From an uncultured virus (IMG/VR IMGVR_UViG_3300028832_000124) (lineage: Duplodnaviria; Heunggongvirae; Uroviricota; Caudoviricetes), in IMG/VR virus record IMGVR_UViG_3300028832_000124: a stretch of DNA of 64,000 bases. One strand, written 5' to 3'. The notes under the pieces were generated by a model. It did not search any database, had not been told where the DNA came from, and was given only the letters and a program-made list of their open reading frames with translations. The translations under genes were made by a program, and so were the position numbers. Numbering within the stretch: the first letter of the stretch is position 1; each line of letters opens with the position of its first letter. Positions 37,301 through 47,545 of this stretch are shown here, one piece after another.

Positions 37301-38308
37301 TAGCTTGACAATGAAGTTATAGTCACCCTTTCCACCGTAGTTTCCGGGATATGACTTGGATATTTCGGTGAAATACTTCTGAAAGTAGTCAAGGTCGAGA
37401 ATGAAGTTGGCATAATGCAAGCCAGATGTCGCATAGTTGGCCTTGATGCTCTCTACATGGGCAAACACCTGCAGGTTTAACTCTGCATAGTAACGGTTAG
37501 GAAGATTTTCCTCACTACCGTATGCTTTCAGACGAGTGACTACCTGCTGACCCTCTTCGCTGATGCGCTCTATCTCATAGAGTCCGTTACCCTTACCATA
37601 GCGGAAAGTGCTGGAAGTAAATACGCCATCGGTGCCAGCGATAACAACATTGCCACGCTGGATGAAGTTCAAATCAAACTCAGAGTTGATTTTCGTCAGA
37701 GCCTCCCAACAGGTGATATTATCAACCGTCATGGCTACACTCGTCTTTCCGTAAGAAAGTGTGCGCTCGGCTCCCGTCGGGTCCACATACTGCTTATAGG
37801 CATCAATAAATGCCTGCTGTCTGCCAACAAGTGAACCACGTTGGGCGTTTCTTGATGTGTTCAGTCCAATGAGAATGAATCTGCCAGGATAAAGCTCTTC
37901 CAAACATGCCTGCACTCTATCCAAGAGGTCATCAACACTCTCGCAATAGAATGGGAATGTAGGCAGTCCTGTGTAGTGCATCTGATTGTCATCAAGCACA
38001 ATGTCCGTGAAGTCACAGCCCACAATCTTACTCTGTGGGTCTGACACAAACTTGATGTTCTCGTAGATGAATCCCTCACCATGTGTACCACGACGGGCTT
38101 TCTTCAACACCCGTGGATCGTAATTGATGCAATAACGCTCGCCTCGGTAGTCGATATAGTCACCAATCTGGAATCTGACTGGATTTGCATCCTTGACCGT
38201 GACAGTCAAATAGCATTCAGCCATCCATTCGTCGTGAAGCTCAAGCTCTTTCACCTGCGCCCTCTCGACTCCGTTGATGCTATATATCTTCCACTCGTTC
38301 ATACACAC
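34337..38308 (-). CDS. Tail hub/spike (Tal-like) protein
   Basis: FRYGKGNGL..IER...VVTRLKAYGS..NLP.RYY motif; follows the Dit-like gene. Confidence 0.8.
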   Translation of the reverse strand: MCMNEWKIYSINGVERAQVKELELHDEWMAECYLTVTVKDANPVRFQIGDYIDYRGERYCINYDPRVLKKARRGTHGEGFIYENIKFVSDPQSKIVGCDFTDIVLDDNQMHYTGLPTFPFYCESVDDLLDRVQACLEELYPGRFILIGLNTSRNAQRGSLVGRQQAFIDAYKQYVDPTGAERTLSYGKTSVAMTVDNITCWEALTKINSEFDLNFIQRGNVVIAGTDGVFTSSTFRYGKGNGLYEIERISEEGQQVVTRLKAYGSEENLPNRYYAELNLQVFAHVESIKANYATSGLHYANFILDLDYFQKYFTEISKSYPGNYGGKGDYNFIVKLQANGITVKGYITKTYSSNRCEVYCEYTGVNPEDDRDEPDEAAMNAFSEAIKQGDLVYFVGGVEKSAFPLANKNYATENLPNNMAVSRLMLPGFPNQSLYNWVKEHGGTDCDDATGKATINGFTGYFSKEKHRPWIQSLKADEYGIRPSNIYFDGNNDTENIHPTLEGMKYLGNDVDKVVSAEQITDNGVYGEGNVPNFTITLPNLGFDLAEYYEEGATIDMKDGMCGSRSFKMANRPTKNNLGQWECRVERVKDDSLDLWFPYKDFQIKTGDHYVLTGIKLPDEYVSAASEKLLYAAIDALGKNDTTRFTYQPRIDEIWMARQHDEAIGRGETSIHDTIHAGDIFLFADEDLDIDEGIIIDVLTIRERGNGELPTYEVTLRDEKQVSTIQRMIDKAVSGNSVSGGGSGGGGGYTSKQIQSLIENYGSEQFLSRLNNDIAEGRITFEKGFTSLFEAWFGDYHREHPIAGDELDTGAAITPDGAADLISLIVRDCVKGDLSVEQAMRASEIVFRNILRSPGGSPDMEGTGIHMDASTGVISTDGLVVRGWAMFRKLIYNYLEIMEQDYQFSGGGDIEEVVDNGDGTYTCYMHKEKEGRHPAIAENDILFGKVDDETGDDGYEYYTSWMRVHSMTLNDGMERDVMVVSLWADNMVPGGKNFAPKDFMTVARRGNTTNPLRQSYWELSGTDHRLTHYWNVTQPILHAENYALALGILPSVLDDEGVLPSQIRDKNMPSLYVNTIFYEHAHKIKWPATIVRTDRGQWVNNPTIVVDGTTVSEPYHFRTYTRALWLQYRNDASYSDLTDEQLHAKMMQEWKVDLEISRVWNNGILWECLVDGTTQEPHWNCTDWTPVGGNTIYRGEITTSNGRTFRNGNVDTILTMRVWYGDEEITDTILNIVDYAIVWKRYTGYNTTTEEFEQTSEDLSWVATEVGSDGEPISAGDKTNRIKVLRGDMGSGWMLSYRQALIESTVSFSASGQVVTMPADYVF

Positions 38309-38323
38309 GTCATGTATGCCACC

Positions 38324-38800
38324 TTACGGCAGCGTAACATCGGTAACAGGGTCATTGACCTTGAGCGTTACTTCAAATATCAGGTATTCGTTGTTATCGT
38401 CAGACTTCCACTTGGCATTGTCTGATACACCATCCAAACGGACATTCTGCCTGCCGATACGAGTATAAGAGGAATAGAGCTTAAACTGCCCTAACTTCAA
38501 ATGATTTAGGAATGTGCCAACTTTATTGCGGACATCGGCTATTGAGCCGCTTTTCTTGCAGCCAAATTCCACTTTCATGGTGTAGGCTTCAAGCTTCAAA
38601 CCGTCTTTGGGAATGTACTCGTCATCACCGTCCTCGTCATTCCAAGAACGCTTGGCCGGGTCTTTGACTTTGTTGAAAATCACGAAGGGAATCTTCTTGC
38701 AGTAGATACCCCATGTGGCAACACTCTCGCAAACGGGATATGGAGCGTCGTTTGCATCCGTTCCCATTAACTGCAAGAAAAAGTTCTGCCATTTCTCCAT
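38324..38800 (-). CDS. Distal tail (Dit-like) protein
   Basis: KDP.KRSWNDEDGDDEYIP motif; C-terminal LKVNDPVT; position after tape measure. Confidence 0.65.
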   Translation of the reverse strand: MEKWQNFFLQLMGTDANDAPYPVCESVATWGIYCKKIPFVIFNKVKDPAKRSWNDEDGDDEYIPKDGLKLEAYTMKVEFGCKKSGSIADVRNKVGTFLNHLKLGQFKLYSSYTRIGRQNVRLDGVSDNAKWKSDDNNEYLIFEVTLKVNDPVTDVTLP

Positions 38801-38958
38801 AAGTCTTAACGTGTTTGTTATCCCAAATAGTTGATTTTCGCCACAAAGATACAAATATTTTCCGTATAAATATACAAATAATGCGAATATTTATGCAATT
38901 TAACAGAAATTTTTGCATAAAGCTTGCAGAAATGGACCGTTTTCCGTAAATTTGCGAT

Positions 38959-39273
38959 ATGTTTTTTTGGATATTCATCATAGTAATAGTTGGCGGTATT
39001 GGTTGTGCTATATACGAACAGTACAAAAGTGCAAGGTGTTCTGATGAAGAGGATGCTACGCAGAAGTTTTGGAGAAATTTTGGAATCTTCATCGTCATCA
39101 TCCTGTTAATTTGTGCTTTCTTTGGCTACAAGTACATAAACGATAGTGCTAAACATCACCGCTATCACGACTCAAAAACAGGTCGCGAGCAAATCCAGTA
39201 TCAAGGCAGTCAGGAACAGCAACAGGACTTGAAAGCCATAGACGATTATTCCAGTACGCACAAAGACTTCTAA
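38959..39273 (+). CDS. Moron-like two-TM protein opposite to the tail operon
   Basis: Own TAAATTTG element (38947-38954) and downstream hairpin. Confidence 0.7.
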   Translation: MFFWIFIIVIVGGIGCAIYEQYKSARCSDEEDATQKFWRNFGIFIVIILLICAFFGYKYINDSAKHHRYHDSKTGREQIQYQGSQEQQQDLKAIDDYSSTHKDF

Positions 39274-39280
39274 TAAAAAG

Positions 39281-39304
39281 AATGCAGGGTTATTGCCCTG
39301 CATT
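39281..39304. terminator. Hairpin between convergent genes
   Basis: AATGCAGGG-TTATTG-CCCTGCATT. Confidence 0.55.
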
Positions 39305-39799
39305 TCTCTTATCTCTAATGGTGACATTGCCCTCGTAGGTTATCTCGCCACCATGCCAGTACACAAAAGCTTTTGAGAATCCTTTGGCCACTACGTGAAC
39401 ACGGCAGTTGTCGTAGGCTTCTACGAATACTTTGGAGTTTTCATCAACCTCTATTCTCAGGTTGGCATGGTGTCTGACATAGATGTTTCCTGTCCGATTT
39501 GTATGGTATCTGAGTGTGCCGATGCTCTCACCAAGGGCAACAGCCGTAATGAGGTTGCTGGCATCAACACTGCTGTCAAGAAAAATTCCGTTCGCCATGA
39601 GAATATCCTTTGGGAACACCCTTCTTGCAAACTCCAGTTTTGGATAGTCATGCTTGATGCAAAAATCAATGCCACGTAAATATTTTTCAAGTAATTGTTG
39701 CATCGACTCTTTGTCGCCCCAATCGTCATACCATTGGTCGCACAAGCCAAGTTCTCTTGCTCTTCTCTTTAGAAGATTGTTAAGTTCTTTCTCGTTCAT
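39290..39799 (-). CDS. Hypothetical protein
   Basis: ARELGLC..W...W motif; directly after tape measure. Confidence 0.75.
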   Translation of the reverse strand: MNEKELNNLLKRRARELGLCDQWYDDWGDKESMQQLLEKYLRGIDFCIKHDYPKLEFARRVFPKDILMANGIFLDSSVDASNLITAVALGESIGTLRYHTNRTGNIYVRHHANLRIEVDENSKVFVEAYDNCRVHVVAKGFSKAFVYWHGGEITYEGNVTIRDKRNAGQ

Positions 39800-39800
39800 G

Positions 39801-42800
39801 TTATTTTATTTTTATACCCTGTCCGTCTGGTGCTAAGCTATGCAGAAGGTTGTAGATGTCCTCTGCAAAGTTGGCGTTTCTGTTGGTGTTTCTTGCTATC
39901 TGCTCCAGTTGTGCGAGCTGTGCACGTGCAATGATAGGCATTTCTGACTGACCCTGCACGATGGCAAGCATCTGCAAAAGCGTAGCCCTGTTCACGCTGA
40001 CATCTGCGCGGATGGCATTCAGATAGGATGCAAGAAGGTCTGCAGTACTCTCTGTGATATTCTTGATGCTCGATGAAGCAGAGCTGTCGGCATCGTCTCT
40101 GATGGAATCTCCGTGACGGTTGGCAATCTGCTCAAGACCATCAAGGAATACGGTAGTGATACGTGCTGCCTCGTCGGCATCGGAGTACATCTTGGCGAGG
40201 ATTTCAAGGCCGCGTTCGTCCATGCGTCCATCGTTGGCCTCGAAGTATTTCATAAACTCTTCCATGTTCTTTTCAAGAAGAGGTTCGAGATACTTCTGAG
40301 CGATAATCTTGGTGCCTACCTCTTTGATCATTTCGCTGACCTTCTTCTTATAGGCATCAACGGCATTCTCACCAGTAGCCCAAGCGTCAACGAGAGCGTC
40401 AGCCAGACCAGAGGCCCAGCTCTTATAGTCGATACCGTACAGGTCTTTGGCCATTTCCTCAGCAAAGTAACGAATCTCAAGTTCGAGTTCCTTGATTTGC
40501 TGCTCCATGTCCTGTATCTTATCCCAATCGGTTTCCTTCTTATCTTTCTCAGATTCTATCTGACTGCGAAGTTCGTCCTGTTGCACCATGAGTGAAGCCT
40601 TTTGAGCATCGTAGTAGCTCTGACTCTGCTCGGCTTCCTTGATGGCCTTATAGGTACGCTCCTGGATATAGTCGTTGCTGGTGGCGCCAATAAGATTCTG
40701 AATAGTAATGTTGCCGTTATTAAGTTCGCGTCTGGCCCTCTCTCTTTCTTCGTACTTCTGACGATACTCAGCCATCTTGTCAGACGTTTCCTTATCAGCC
40801 TTAGCAGTATAGATACCACCCAAAGTATGTTCAAGAACGGTCTCGAGATTCTTTGTCAGATTCTCCATCTCCTTTTGTCTGCGCTTAGAGGCTTGGATTT
40901 CCTCTTCAAGTGCTTCGTCGTGACCGCCAAAGATGGCTTCTATACCAGAGCTAATCAGACTTACACCTGCACCGATGGCAGCACCCCAAGGACCAGCTGC
41001 TTGACCAAATATTGCGGCTGCACCTGCTGCACCAGTGGCAGCACCACCAAGTGCGCCCTGTACTGCGCCAACAGCCTGACCAACTCCCTTCATTCCAAGT
41101 TGGTCGAAGAGATTGATAACGGGGTCGAGTGCGCTTGCAAGCGTATCAAACTTTCCTCTCAATCCCTCAACACCCTTCACGAAGTCTGAGCCAGCGGCTT
41201 TTTTGCCATTCTTGATGTCTTTCTTGGTGACTTTTGTGTTTGGATCAACACCAAGAACTTTTCCAAGTTGCGTGCCTGCAATATCACCATCGGCATGTGT
41301 CTTTTCTGCATTACTGAGAATCTTCATGCGACTCAAGGCATCACTCATGGCATAGAACGGATTTCGGTTAGCCAACTCGTTACGCATCTTGGAAATGGCA
41401 TCCTGCAAGGCTTTTACGTCCTCTACACTGAGTCCAGCGGTATGTCCGAACTGCTCAGTGGCAGTCATCAAATCCCTCAGAGTCTCAGTAGTAACTCTGT
41501 CAAGGTCATCGAAAATCTTCACCCAATTCGAGTTAGCTTTGAACTGCTCAAACTGCAAATGGGCTGTCTTCTCGTTATGCTCTTGTGTGGCTCCTGCCTC
41601 TGCCTGCTGGCGAAGGGTGGGGTCATTGATTTGCTTGATAAGTTCCAGCTGACGCTCGTAGCGACGGTTTTCATCCTCTATCTGCTGGGCAAGAGTGCGA
41701 TTCTTATTAACCGTCTCTTCCATCAACTGTAGAGTTTCTTGCTTAATCTTTCTCTCGTTGGCAGCATATGCCTCGTACAACTCAGAGAATATCTTGCTAT
41801 TATCGCCAATCTTTGTTGCGAAATCTGTTTTGCTCATGGCAAACACCTGCTCAGCTGTATATGAGCCTTGCGGATTGGCCTTAAGAGCCTCACGCATCTG
41901 ACGCATTAGCTCGTCTTTGTAGGTTGCACTCTGCACACCACCACCAAAGGCAATAGTCATGGCCCCTTGCTGATTACCTGTCAGCTGATAAATTTTCTTA
42001 TAGGTGTCGTATTGCTCCGAAAGCATGCTCAGCTGTGTTTTCAGTTCGCTATTGATTTTGCTGATAGCTTCGGCATCTGCCTTACGTTGCTGAGATACCT
42101 TATCGGCATCAACAGAGCTGGCAAACTTTCTGCGAGCCTCTGTATTCACAACAAAGCCCTTAGTCAGTTCGTCAAGACTCTGGCGATAGTTGGTAACGTC
42201 ACCAAGATTCCAGCCAAACACCTCTGCAAAACCGTTGGCTTTCAGATAATCGGTTGCACCAGAGCCATACAGCTTACGGGCATTTTCCAATTCAGAATAG
42301 AACTTCTTATAGAGGTCAACACGATTCTTGAGTGCTTCAAGGGCTGCATCTTTCTTTTCACCGCCTTTTCTTTGGCCCTTAGTGAGAGACTTGTCAAATA
42401 TCCACTGACCTGCCTTGAGACTATCATTGAGCTGGTCAAGCTCAGTCTGCAATGCTTGTCTCTGGCCTCTGATGGTAGGCACAAGGTCTGGGTCGAGAGC
42501 CGTACCTTTGAGCTGTGTATCGTAGTTCTTAATCTTCTTTTCAAGGTCAACCTTGCGCTGACTCTGCTTCTTGCTGAATGAAATGAAATCGGTATTGGCA
42601 TCTTTCAGATCATTCTTGCTCCACAATCCGTAACCCTTGCCTTTCTGCCACTTGTCAAGTTCGTAGGGTAGGCCAGTAAGTTCGTTTGTATTGATGACAG
42701 GAGTGATATAGAGTTGTGTATAGAATCCCTGTGCCACCCAAGAGGCGATACTATTTTTCGCATCCTGAGAGCCTTTCTCCAAACCATTGGCAAAGTTGGT

Positions 42801-45800
42801 AGCAATAGTGCGGAGCTTGGTCTTTTCTTCTTCCGTCAGCTCTTCGTATTTCTTACTGATGTCAACACCAGCCTGTCGTGCAAGAACTTTCAGGTCGGTC
42901 ATGGCATCAGGAATGATATTATTCTTGATATTGTTAAGATGTGCCTCGCTTTCCTCAACAGCCTTGGCATAATCAGTGATAGCACTGCCCCAAGGTGTAC
43001 CACCTGCGAAGTAGCCAACGGCCTCATTCTCGTAAGGACCAGTCATCAGAATGCGAAGGTTATCATAGAGATTACTGCTGTTAAGCTGCTCTACAAGTTC
43101 CTTATGCTTTGTCTTCATGGCATCTATCATCTGCTGATACCTTGCACTGTAGCGTTCAAGTGCAGCCTTAGCCTTATACTCAGCATTTTGTAGGTCCTCA
43201 TATTCGCCCATTTCGTCATTGAGGTCTGAATTATCAAGAGCCTCTTTGATGGAAGCCTTGCCAGCTGGTGTACCCATAGCGTTCAGAGCCTCTTGGTAGG
43301 CTTGAGCGTTCTTTGTCAAATTCTCAAGACGCTCGCTGATGGTATCAAATCCACGACTGTCCTGTACGACCTGCTTTCCAGCATTACCCATGCCGATAAG
43401 AGCCTCTTCGAGGGCTTCAACCTTCTTAAAAGGCTCGTCTGTGCTTTCACCAACACTCTTCAATGTGGTTGCAAGCTGATTGGCATTCTGCTCAGCACTT
43501 CCAGAGATAGAGTTTACGAGGTCATTCAGCCTTTCATCAGACTCCTTGATATATGACCAAATAGATGCTGCAGCACCCAATGCCGTGATAGCAATACCTA
43601 CCCATCCACCAAAGAAACCAAAAGCACCTTTGGCACCAACGCCAAGCAGTTTGCCCATCTTACTCATAGGAGTAGCAGCTGCTCCAGCACCGCCAAGTGC
43701 TGACCAGTTGTTTGATACAGCCATCTGGCGAATCTTTTCCTTGGTAATACCTTGCTCCAAGGCGAGGCGATATGCAGCCATTCGGCTTATTTTTCCATCC
43801 TGAATAAGCTGGCGAGCTTTTTCTGAGGATATTGCACCACTCTGTACGAGAAGTGCCTGTTCGCGTGAATTTAGAACTGTCTTTGTTCTGACAAGTTCCT
43901 TTTCAATGGCATTAAGTTGTCTGCCATACATGACACGTTCACGCTCCAAACGGTTAGCTTCCTGTATCTTGGCAAGCTGCATATTTCTAATGGCCATTTC
44001 GCCACTGCGCTTCATGAGAGTGTTGCTAAGACCTTCTGCCATATACTTAAGACCCTTGGCGGCTCCCAATGCAGAAAGAGCTAAAACCATCTTGTCAAGA
44101 TTCTGTGTCAGCAATACGGCAAAGTCAAGAACTTTCTTGAACATGTAGCCAGAGGCATTCGTTCCCTCAGCAATACTTCCCAACATAATCTGCCAGGAGT
44201 CCTGTAGCTTCTGCCACTTACCATAGAGGGTATTGGCAAGCTCTTCCTGCATATTGAAGAATTGACCGCCTTGGCTGGTCATATCCCAAAGGACTTCCTT
44301 CACCATCTCGAAAGGAACGGCACGCGCACTAATCAGCTTGAACACATCAGCCGTCGTGGTGAGCTTACCATTGAGCTGTGTGAACTTGTCTGCCAATGCC
44401 TGCACCATGGGAATACCTGCCTCAGTAAACTGACGCAATTCCTGACCTCTCAGCACGGCAGCACTTCGCACCTGACCGTAAGCCAATATCAGACGATTCA
44501 TGTCAACACCAAGACCTGATGACATGTCAGCAAGTCGTTTTGTGGTTTCATAAAGTTCGTTGGCTGGTATCTGATAGGCCGACAACTGCTTGGCGTATGA
44601 TGTCAGTTCCATGAAGGTTTTCGGTGACTCGATGGCTAACTCCTTCAACTGACCAAATAGAATGTTGGCCTCCTGTACGTCACCAAGGATATTCTGCAAG
44701 GCTACATGCTGCACCTCAAACTGGCCACCGATGGTAACGATGCTTTTCAGCACACGCTCCAAACCATAGAGACCTGCATAGGCCCCAATCTGATTCTGTA
44801 GCTGCACGGTGATCCTGTTGGCTTGACTGCCAGCCTCGGCAATGCGGTTGTAAGAAGAGATAAGTCCTTCGTTGACGTGGGCCAACATACCAACGGCATC
44901 TGCTGCCTTTTTGGCTGCATTGGCACGCTGATTCTTGGCAGCGGCATCTTCAATTTCTCGCTGCTTGCCTGCTGCAAGTGATTCATTATATCTGCGCTGA
45001 ATGGCATTCAGCTCTTCCGTAACCTTTTCCTTCGTCCATGTGGGCGTAGTGATACGTCCAGACATCAGCAAGCCATTCTCGTAGCTGACATTATGAATCA
45101 GAGCTTGTATCTCCTGAATCTTACGACCAAGGGCAGCATATTCCACCGTCTGCTTGCGGATTCCTGCAATCTTCTGCTGACTGGTGGCATCGGCACTCAG
45201 CTTATTCAGGGCAGATTGCAGTTGCTTGTTGGCTTCCAGTCGGCTGTTGTAGTCGCTGGTGGCACTTGTCAGACCGTTCAACTCTGCCTTGACACGTCTC
45301 AGGAACTCTTCGTAGTCGGCACCAGAGGCACTTGCAGGCATACCGCTACCGTTGCGCTCAGCACGCTTCACGGCTGACATTCTCGCGGATATGCTGTTGA
45401 TGATGCTGACAGAGCCGGACGTGTCAGTGCCAGGAGCCGCACCAACGATGGCATCAGACAGCTGCTTGCGATAACGCTGCAACTCATAATACTTGGCCTT
45501 GAGGTCATCAATACGTCTCGACTCGTTGGCAGCATTCTTGGCCTCGGCAGCTTCCTTGGCCTCGATGTTGTCAACATAGCGAAGGGTATCTTTGAGCATC
45601 AGCTCGATATTCAGACGGAGCTTGTCAAACTTGACCTCGCCCTTGTTAAGAAGCCTGTCGGGGTCCTTGAACATTTCAGTAAACTGCTTGCGAACATTCT
45701 CAAGCTCGTTACTCATGTTCTTAAGGCCCTTCTTCTCGTCTCTTGTGAGATTCGTGCCTTTCAGCTCTGAGATACGTTTCTGAGCGATATATATCTTGTC

Positions 45801-45968
45801 ATAGACGTTGGAAACGTCAACGATATTCTGATAGACATTCTTCAACTCTGCTGCATCGTCACTGAGGGCATTTGCCAGCTTCTCAGAGTTACGCATCAGC
45901 TTCTCAAGAACACCCGAAATCTCGTCTCTCACACCCAGCTCAAACCAAAGTTTATCTGCTGCTGCCAT
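39801..45968 (-). CDS. Tape measure protein
   Basis: 2055 aa helical protein; LILAYGQVRSAAVLRGQELRQFTEAGIP tape-measure motif. Confidence 0.93.
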   Translation of the reverse strand: MAAADKLWFELGVRDEISGVLEKLMRNSEKLANALSDDAAELKNVYQNIVDVSNVYDKIYIAQKRISELKGTNLTRDEKKGLKNMSNELENVRKQFTEMFKDPDRLLNKGEVKFDKLRLNIELMLKDTLRYVDNIEAKEAAEAKNAANESRRIDDLKAKYYELQRYRKQLSDAIVGAAPGTDTSGSVSIINSISARMSAVKRAERNGSGMPASASGADYEEFLRRVKAELNGLTSATSDYNSRLEANKQLQSALNKLSADATSQQKIAGIRKQTVEYAALGRKIQEIQALIHNVSYENGLLMSGRITTPTWTKEKVTEELNAIQRRYNESLAAGKQREIEDAAAKNQRANAAKKAADAVGMLAHVNEGLISSYNRIAEAGSQANRITVQLQNQIGAYAGLYGLERVLKSIVTIGGQFEVQHVALQNILGDVQEANILFGQLKELAIESPKTFMELTSYAKQLSAYQIPANELYETTKRLADMSSGLGVDMNRLILAYGQVRSAAVLRGQELRQFTEAGIPMVQALADKFTQLNGKLTTTADVFKLISARAVPFEMVKEVLWDMTSQGGQFFNMQEELANTLYGKWQKLQDSWQIMLGSIAEGTNASGYMFKKVLDFAVLLTQNLDKMVLALSALGAAKGLKYMAEGLSNTLMKRSGEMAIRNMQLAKIQEANRLERERVMYGRQLNAIEKELVRTKTVLNSREQALLVQSGAISSEKARQLIQDGKISRMAAYRLALEQGITKEKIRQMAVSNNWSALGGAGAAATPMSKMGKLLGVGAKGAFGFFGGWVGIAITALGAAASIWSYIKESDERLNDLVNSISGSAEQNANQLATTLKSVGESTDEPFKKVEALEEALIGMGNAGKQVVQDSRGFDTISERLENLTKNAQAYQEALNAMGTPAGKASIKEALDNSDLNDEMGEYEDLQNAEYKAKAALERYSARYQQMIDAMKTKHKELVEQLNSSNLYDNLRILMTGPYENEAVGYFAGGTPWGSAITDYAKAVEESEAHLNNIKNNIIPDAMTDLKVLARQAGVDISKKYEELTEEEKTKLRTIATNFANGLEKGSQDAKNSIASWVAQGFYTQLYITPVINTNELTGLPYELDKWQKGKGYGLWSKNDLKDANTDFISFSKKQSQRKVDLEKKIKNYDTQLKGTALDPDLVPTIRGQRQALQTELDQLNDSLKAGQWIFDKSLTKGQRKGGEKKDAALEALKNRVDLYKKFYSELENARKLYGSGATDYLKANGFAEVFGWNLGDVTNYRQSLDELTKGFVVNTEARRKFASSVDADKVSQQRKADAEAISKINSELKTQLSMLSEQYDTYKKIYQLTGNQQGAMTIAFGGGVQSATYKDELMRQMREALKANPQGSYTAEQVFAMSKTDFATKIGDNSKIFSELYEAYAANERKIKQETLQLMEETVNKNRTLAQQIEDENRRYERQLELIKQINDPTLRQQAEAGATQEHNEKTAHLQFEQFKANSNWVKIFDDLDRVTTETLRDLMTATEQFGHTAGLSVEDVKALQDAISKMRNELANRNPFYAMSDALSRMKILSNAEKTHADGDIAGTQLGKVLGVDPNTKVTKKDIKNGKKAAGSDFVKGVEGLRGKFDTLASALDPVINLFDQLGMKGVGQAVGAVQGALGGAATGAAGAAAIFGQAAGPWGAAIGAGVSLISSGIEAIFGGHDEALEEEIQASKRRQKEMENLTKNLETVLEHTLGGIYTAKADKETSDKMAEYRQKYEERERARRELNNGNITIQNLIGATSNDYIQERTYKAIKEAEQSQSYYDAQKASLMVQQDELRSQIESEKDKKETDWDKIQDMEQQIKELELEIRYFAEEMAKDLYGIDYKSWASGLADALVDAWATGENAVDAYKKKVSEMIKEVGTKIIAQKYLEPLLEKNMEEFMKYFEANDGRMDERGLEILAKMYSDADEAARITTVFLDGLEQIANRHGDSIRDDADSSASSSIKNITESTADLLASYLNAIRADVSVNRATLLQMLAIVQGQSEMPIIARAQLAQLEQIARNTNRNANFAEDIYNLLHSLAPDGQGIKIK

Positions 45969-46012
45969 AGTTGTTATCCTGTTATATTGTTATGTGGCAA
46001 AAGCCACTATGA

Positions 46013-46433
46013 TTATTCTACTTTTCCTTCCATGAAGTCATTCAGAGAGAATGTCTTACCTGCGTAGGTCTGACCGTTGCGGTCTTTCTTCCATGCCTCT
46101 ACCAAATTCTTCATTTCGTCCTCTTCCTGCTTGGTGGCAATCATAGACTTCTTGCCTCTCTTATCCTTGTCTGTGCCATATTCTACGGTGGGCTGGTCCA
46201 TAATCATCAAGTCTATCTGAGCCGATGTATAACCGAAACGCCATCCGTATTCCATGATACCCATGAAGGGAGTAAACAGGAACGGGAGTTTTTCTGCTAC
46301 GGAGTGATTTCCTCCCCACGACGTGCGACTTGGCCACGCTCGTGTCGAGCTGTCGTCATCATCGTGTCCATTGCCTCTATCATCAATACGGTAATCAGAC
46401 CTAATGCGTCTGATCGCTCCTTGATTTTTTTTT
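46013..46433 (-). CDS. Tail assembly chaperone, -1 frameshift extension (gpGT-like)
   Basis: The -1 frame is open from the A10 run (46425-46434) to the stop at 46013. Confidence 0.7.
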
Positions 46434-46767
46434 TACTGGTTAAGATGACTTCCATCTGGAATGCCGTGCAACGCTCGCGCTTCACATACCAGAGCCAACG
46501 CCAGTAAATCCAATAGCCCAGCCAACTCAATACCCATGTCAGGAAACCACTCCTGCGGTCCAACTTGACGAGAGCAAACCATTTCACCAGACGCTTCTCA
46601 GCATGTTTCTCTTTCAGCATCAGGTGAGCTATACGGGCCTCGGTATCTTTGTGAAGCCACCCAATAGTGGTTACACGACCATTGACCTCAATAGTCTCAC
46701 TCTCATTTCTCGTTAGGTCGCTCAATAGCTCCTGAACATCTATCTCTGGCTGTTTTACTTCTTCCAT
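46297..46767 (-). CDS. Tail assembly chaperone (gpG-like)
   Basis: Between major tail and tape measure genes; contains a slippery A10 run. Confidence 0.75.
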   Translation of the reverse strand: MEEVKQPEIDVQELLSDLTRNESETIEVNGRVTTIGWLHKDTEARIAHLMLKEKHAEKRLVKWFALVKLDRRSGFLTWVLSWLGYWIYWRWLWYVKRERCTAFQMEVILTSKKKIKERSDALGLITVLMIEAMDTMMTTARHERGQVARRGEEITP

Positions 46768-46947
46768 TCTTTTATTTGCTTAGTAAATCCAAAAAGAAAG
46801 CAACTATCTGATAATCAGTGAGTTTTTATTTTCTTCTTTTATGGTTTTATCTTTTTTATGCCACTTTTTAAAAGAAAAGAGTGACGAAGCGGAATGCCCG
46901 CCCGCCACTCGGTTTCTTCACTATTCCCTGTAAGAACAGGGCGTAGC

Positions 46948-47514
46948 TTAGTTGGTCTTCTTCTTCAAGAAGATAACGTCGGGGTTGGTGCCGTCAGTCT
47001 CAATAGAACCGTTGAAGTCAACAGCAATAACTCCCTTTGCGTCGCTGTCGAGAACGAGGCTGGCAAACAGAGCTGTGTTGTTGATAATCATGATGCGGTC
47101 CTTGGCACTGTTGACAATCATCCAAGTACCCTGAACCTTCTTGTTCTTGAGGATAAGGGCCAGACCCTCGTAGTCCACGTTGTCAACCGATGCGGTGATG
47201 TCGCTAACAGCGTCAGCACCAAAGGCCAACTTGAGGATGTCCTCAGAGATAGAGGGAACACGGAAGCCAAGGTCGATGTCGCCAGGCTCGGAGTCAGTGA
47301 TCCATGCGCCAGAAAGACCGATAACCTTATACTCTTCCACTTCGGCCTCACCCTGCTCGAAATTCAGGGAGTCAACCTTACAGGGAACGTCCAGCTCGGG
47401 AGTGGCGGTGAAAGACTTCACACCTTCGCTCTCGGTGATGACCAGTGCTGCACTCTGATAAAGGAGTGAGCTGGGGCCACTGAACTTGTCTGCTAACTGA
47501 GCTTTTGTCTTCAT
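46948..47514 (-). CDS. Major tail tube protein
   Basis: 188 aa acidic beta-rich protein; position; biased codons. Confidence 0.75.
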   Translation of the reverse strand: MKTKAQLADKFSGPSSLLYQSAALVITESEGVKSFTATPELDVPCKVDSLNFEQGEAEVEEYKVIGLSGAWITDSEPGDIDLGFRVPSISEDILKLAFGADAVSDITASVDNVDYEGLALILKNKKVQGTWMIVNSAKDRIMIINNTALFASLVLDSDAKGVIAVDFNGSIETDGTNPDVIFLKKKTN

Positions 47515-47545
47515 ATCAGTAAACTTTTAAAAGTGAATAAATTAT

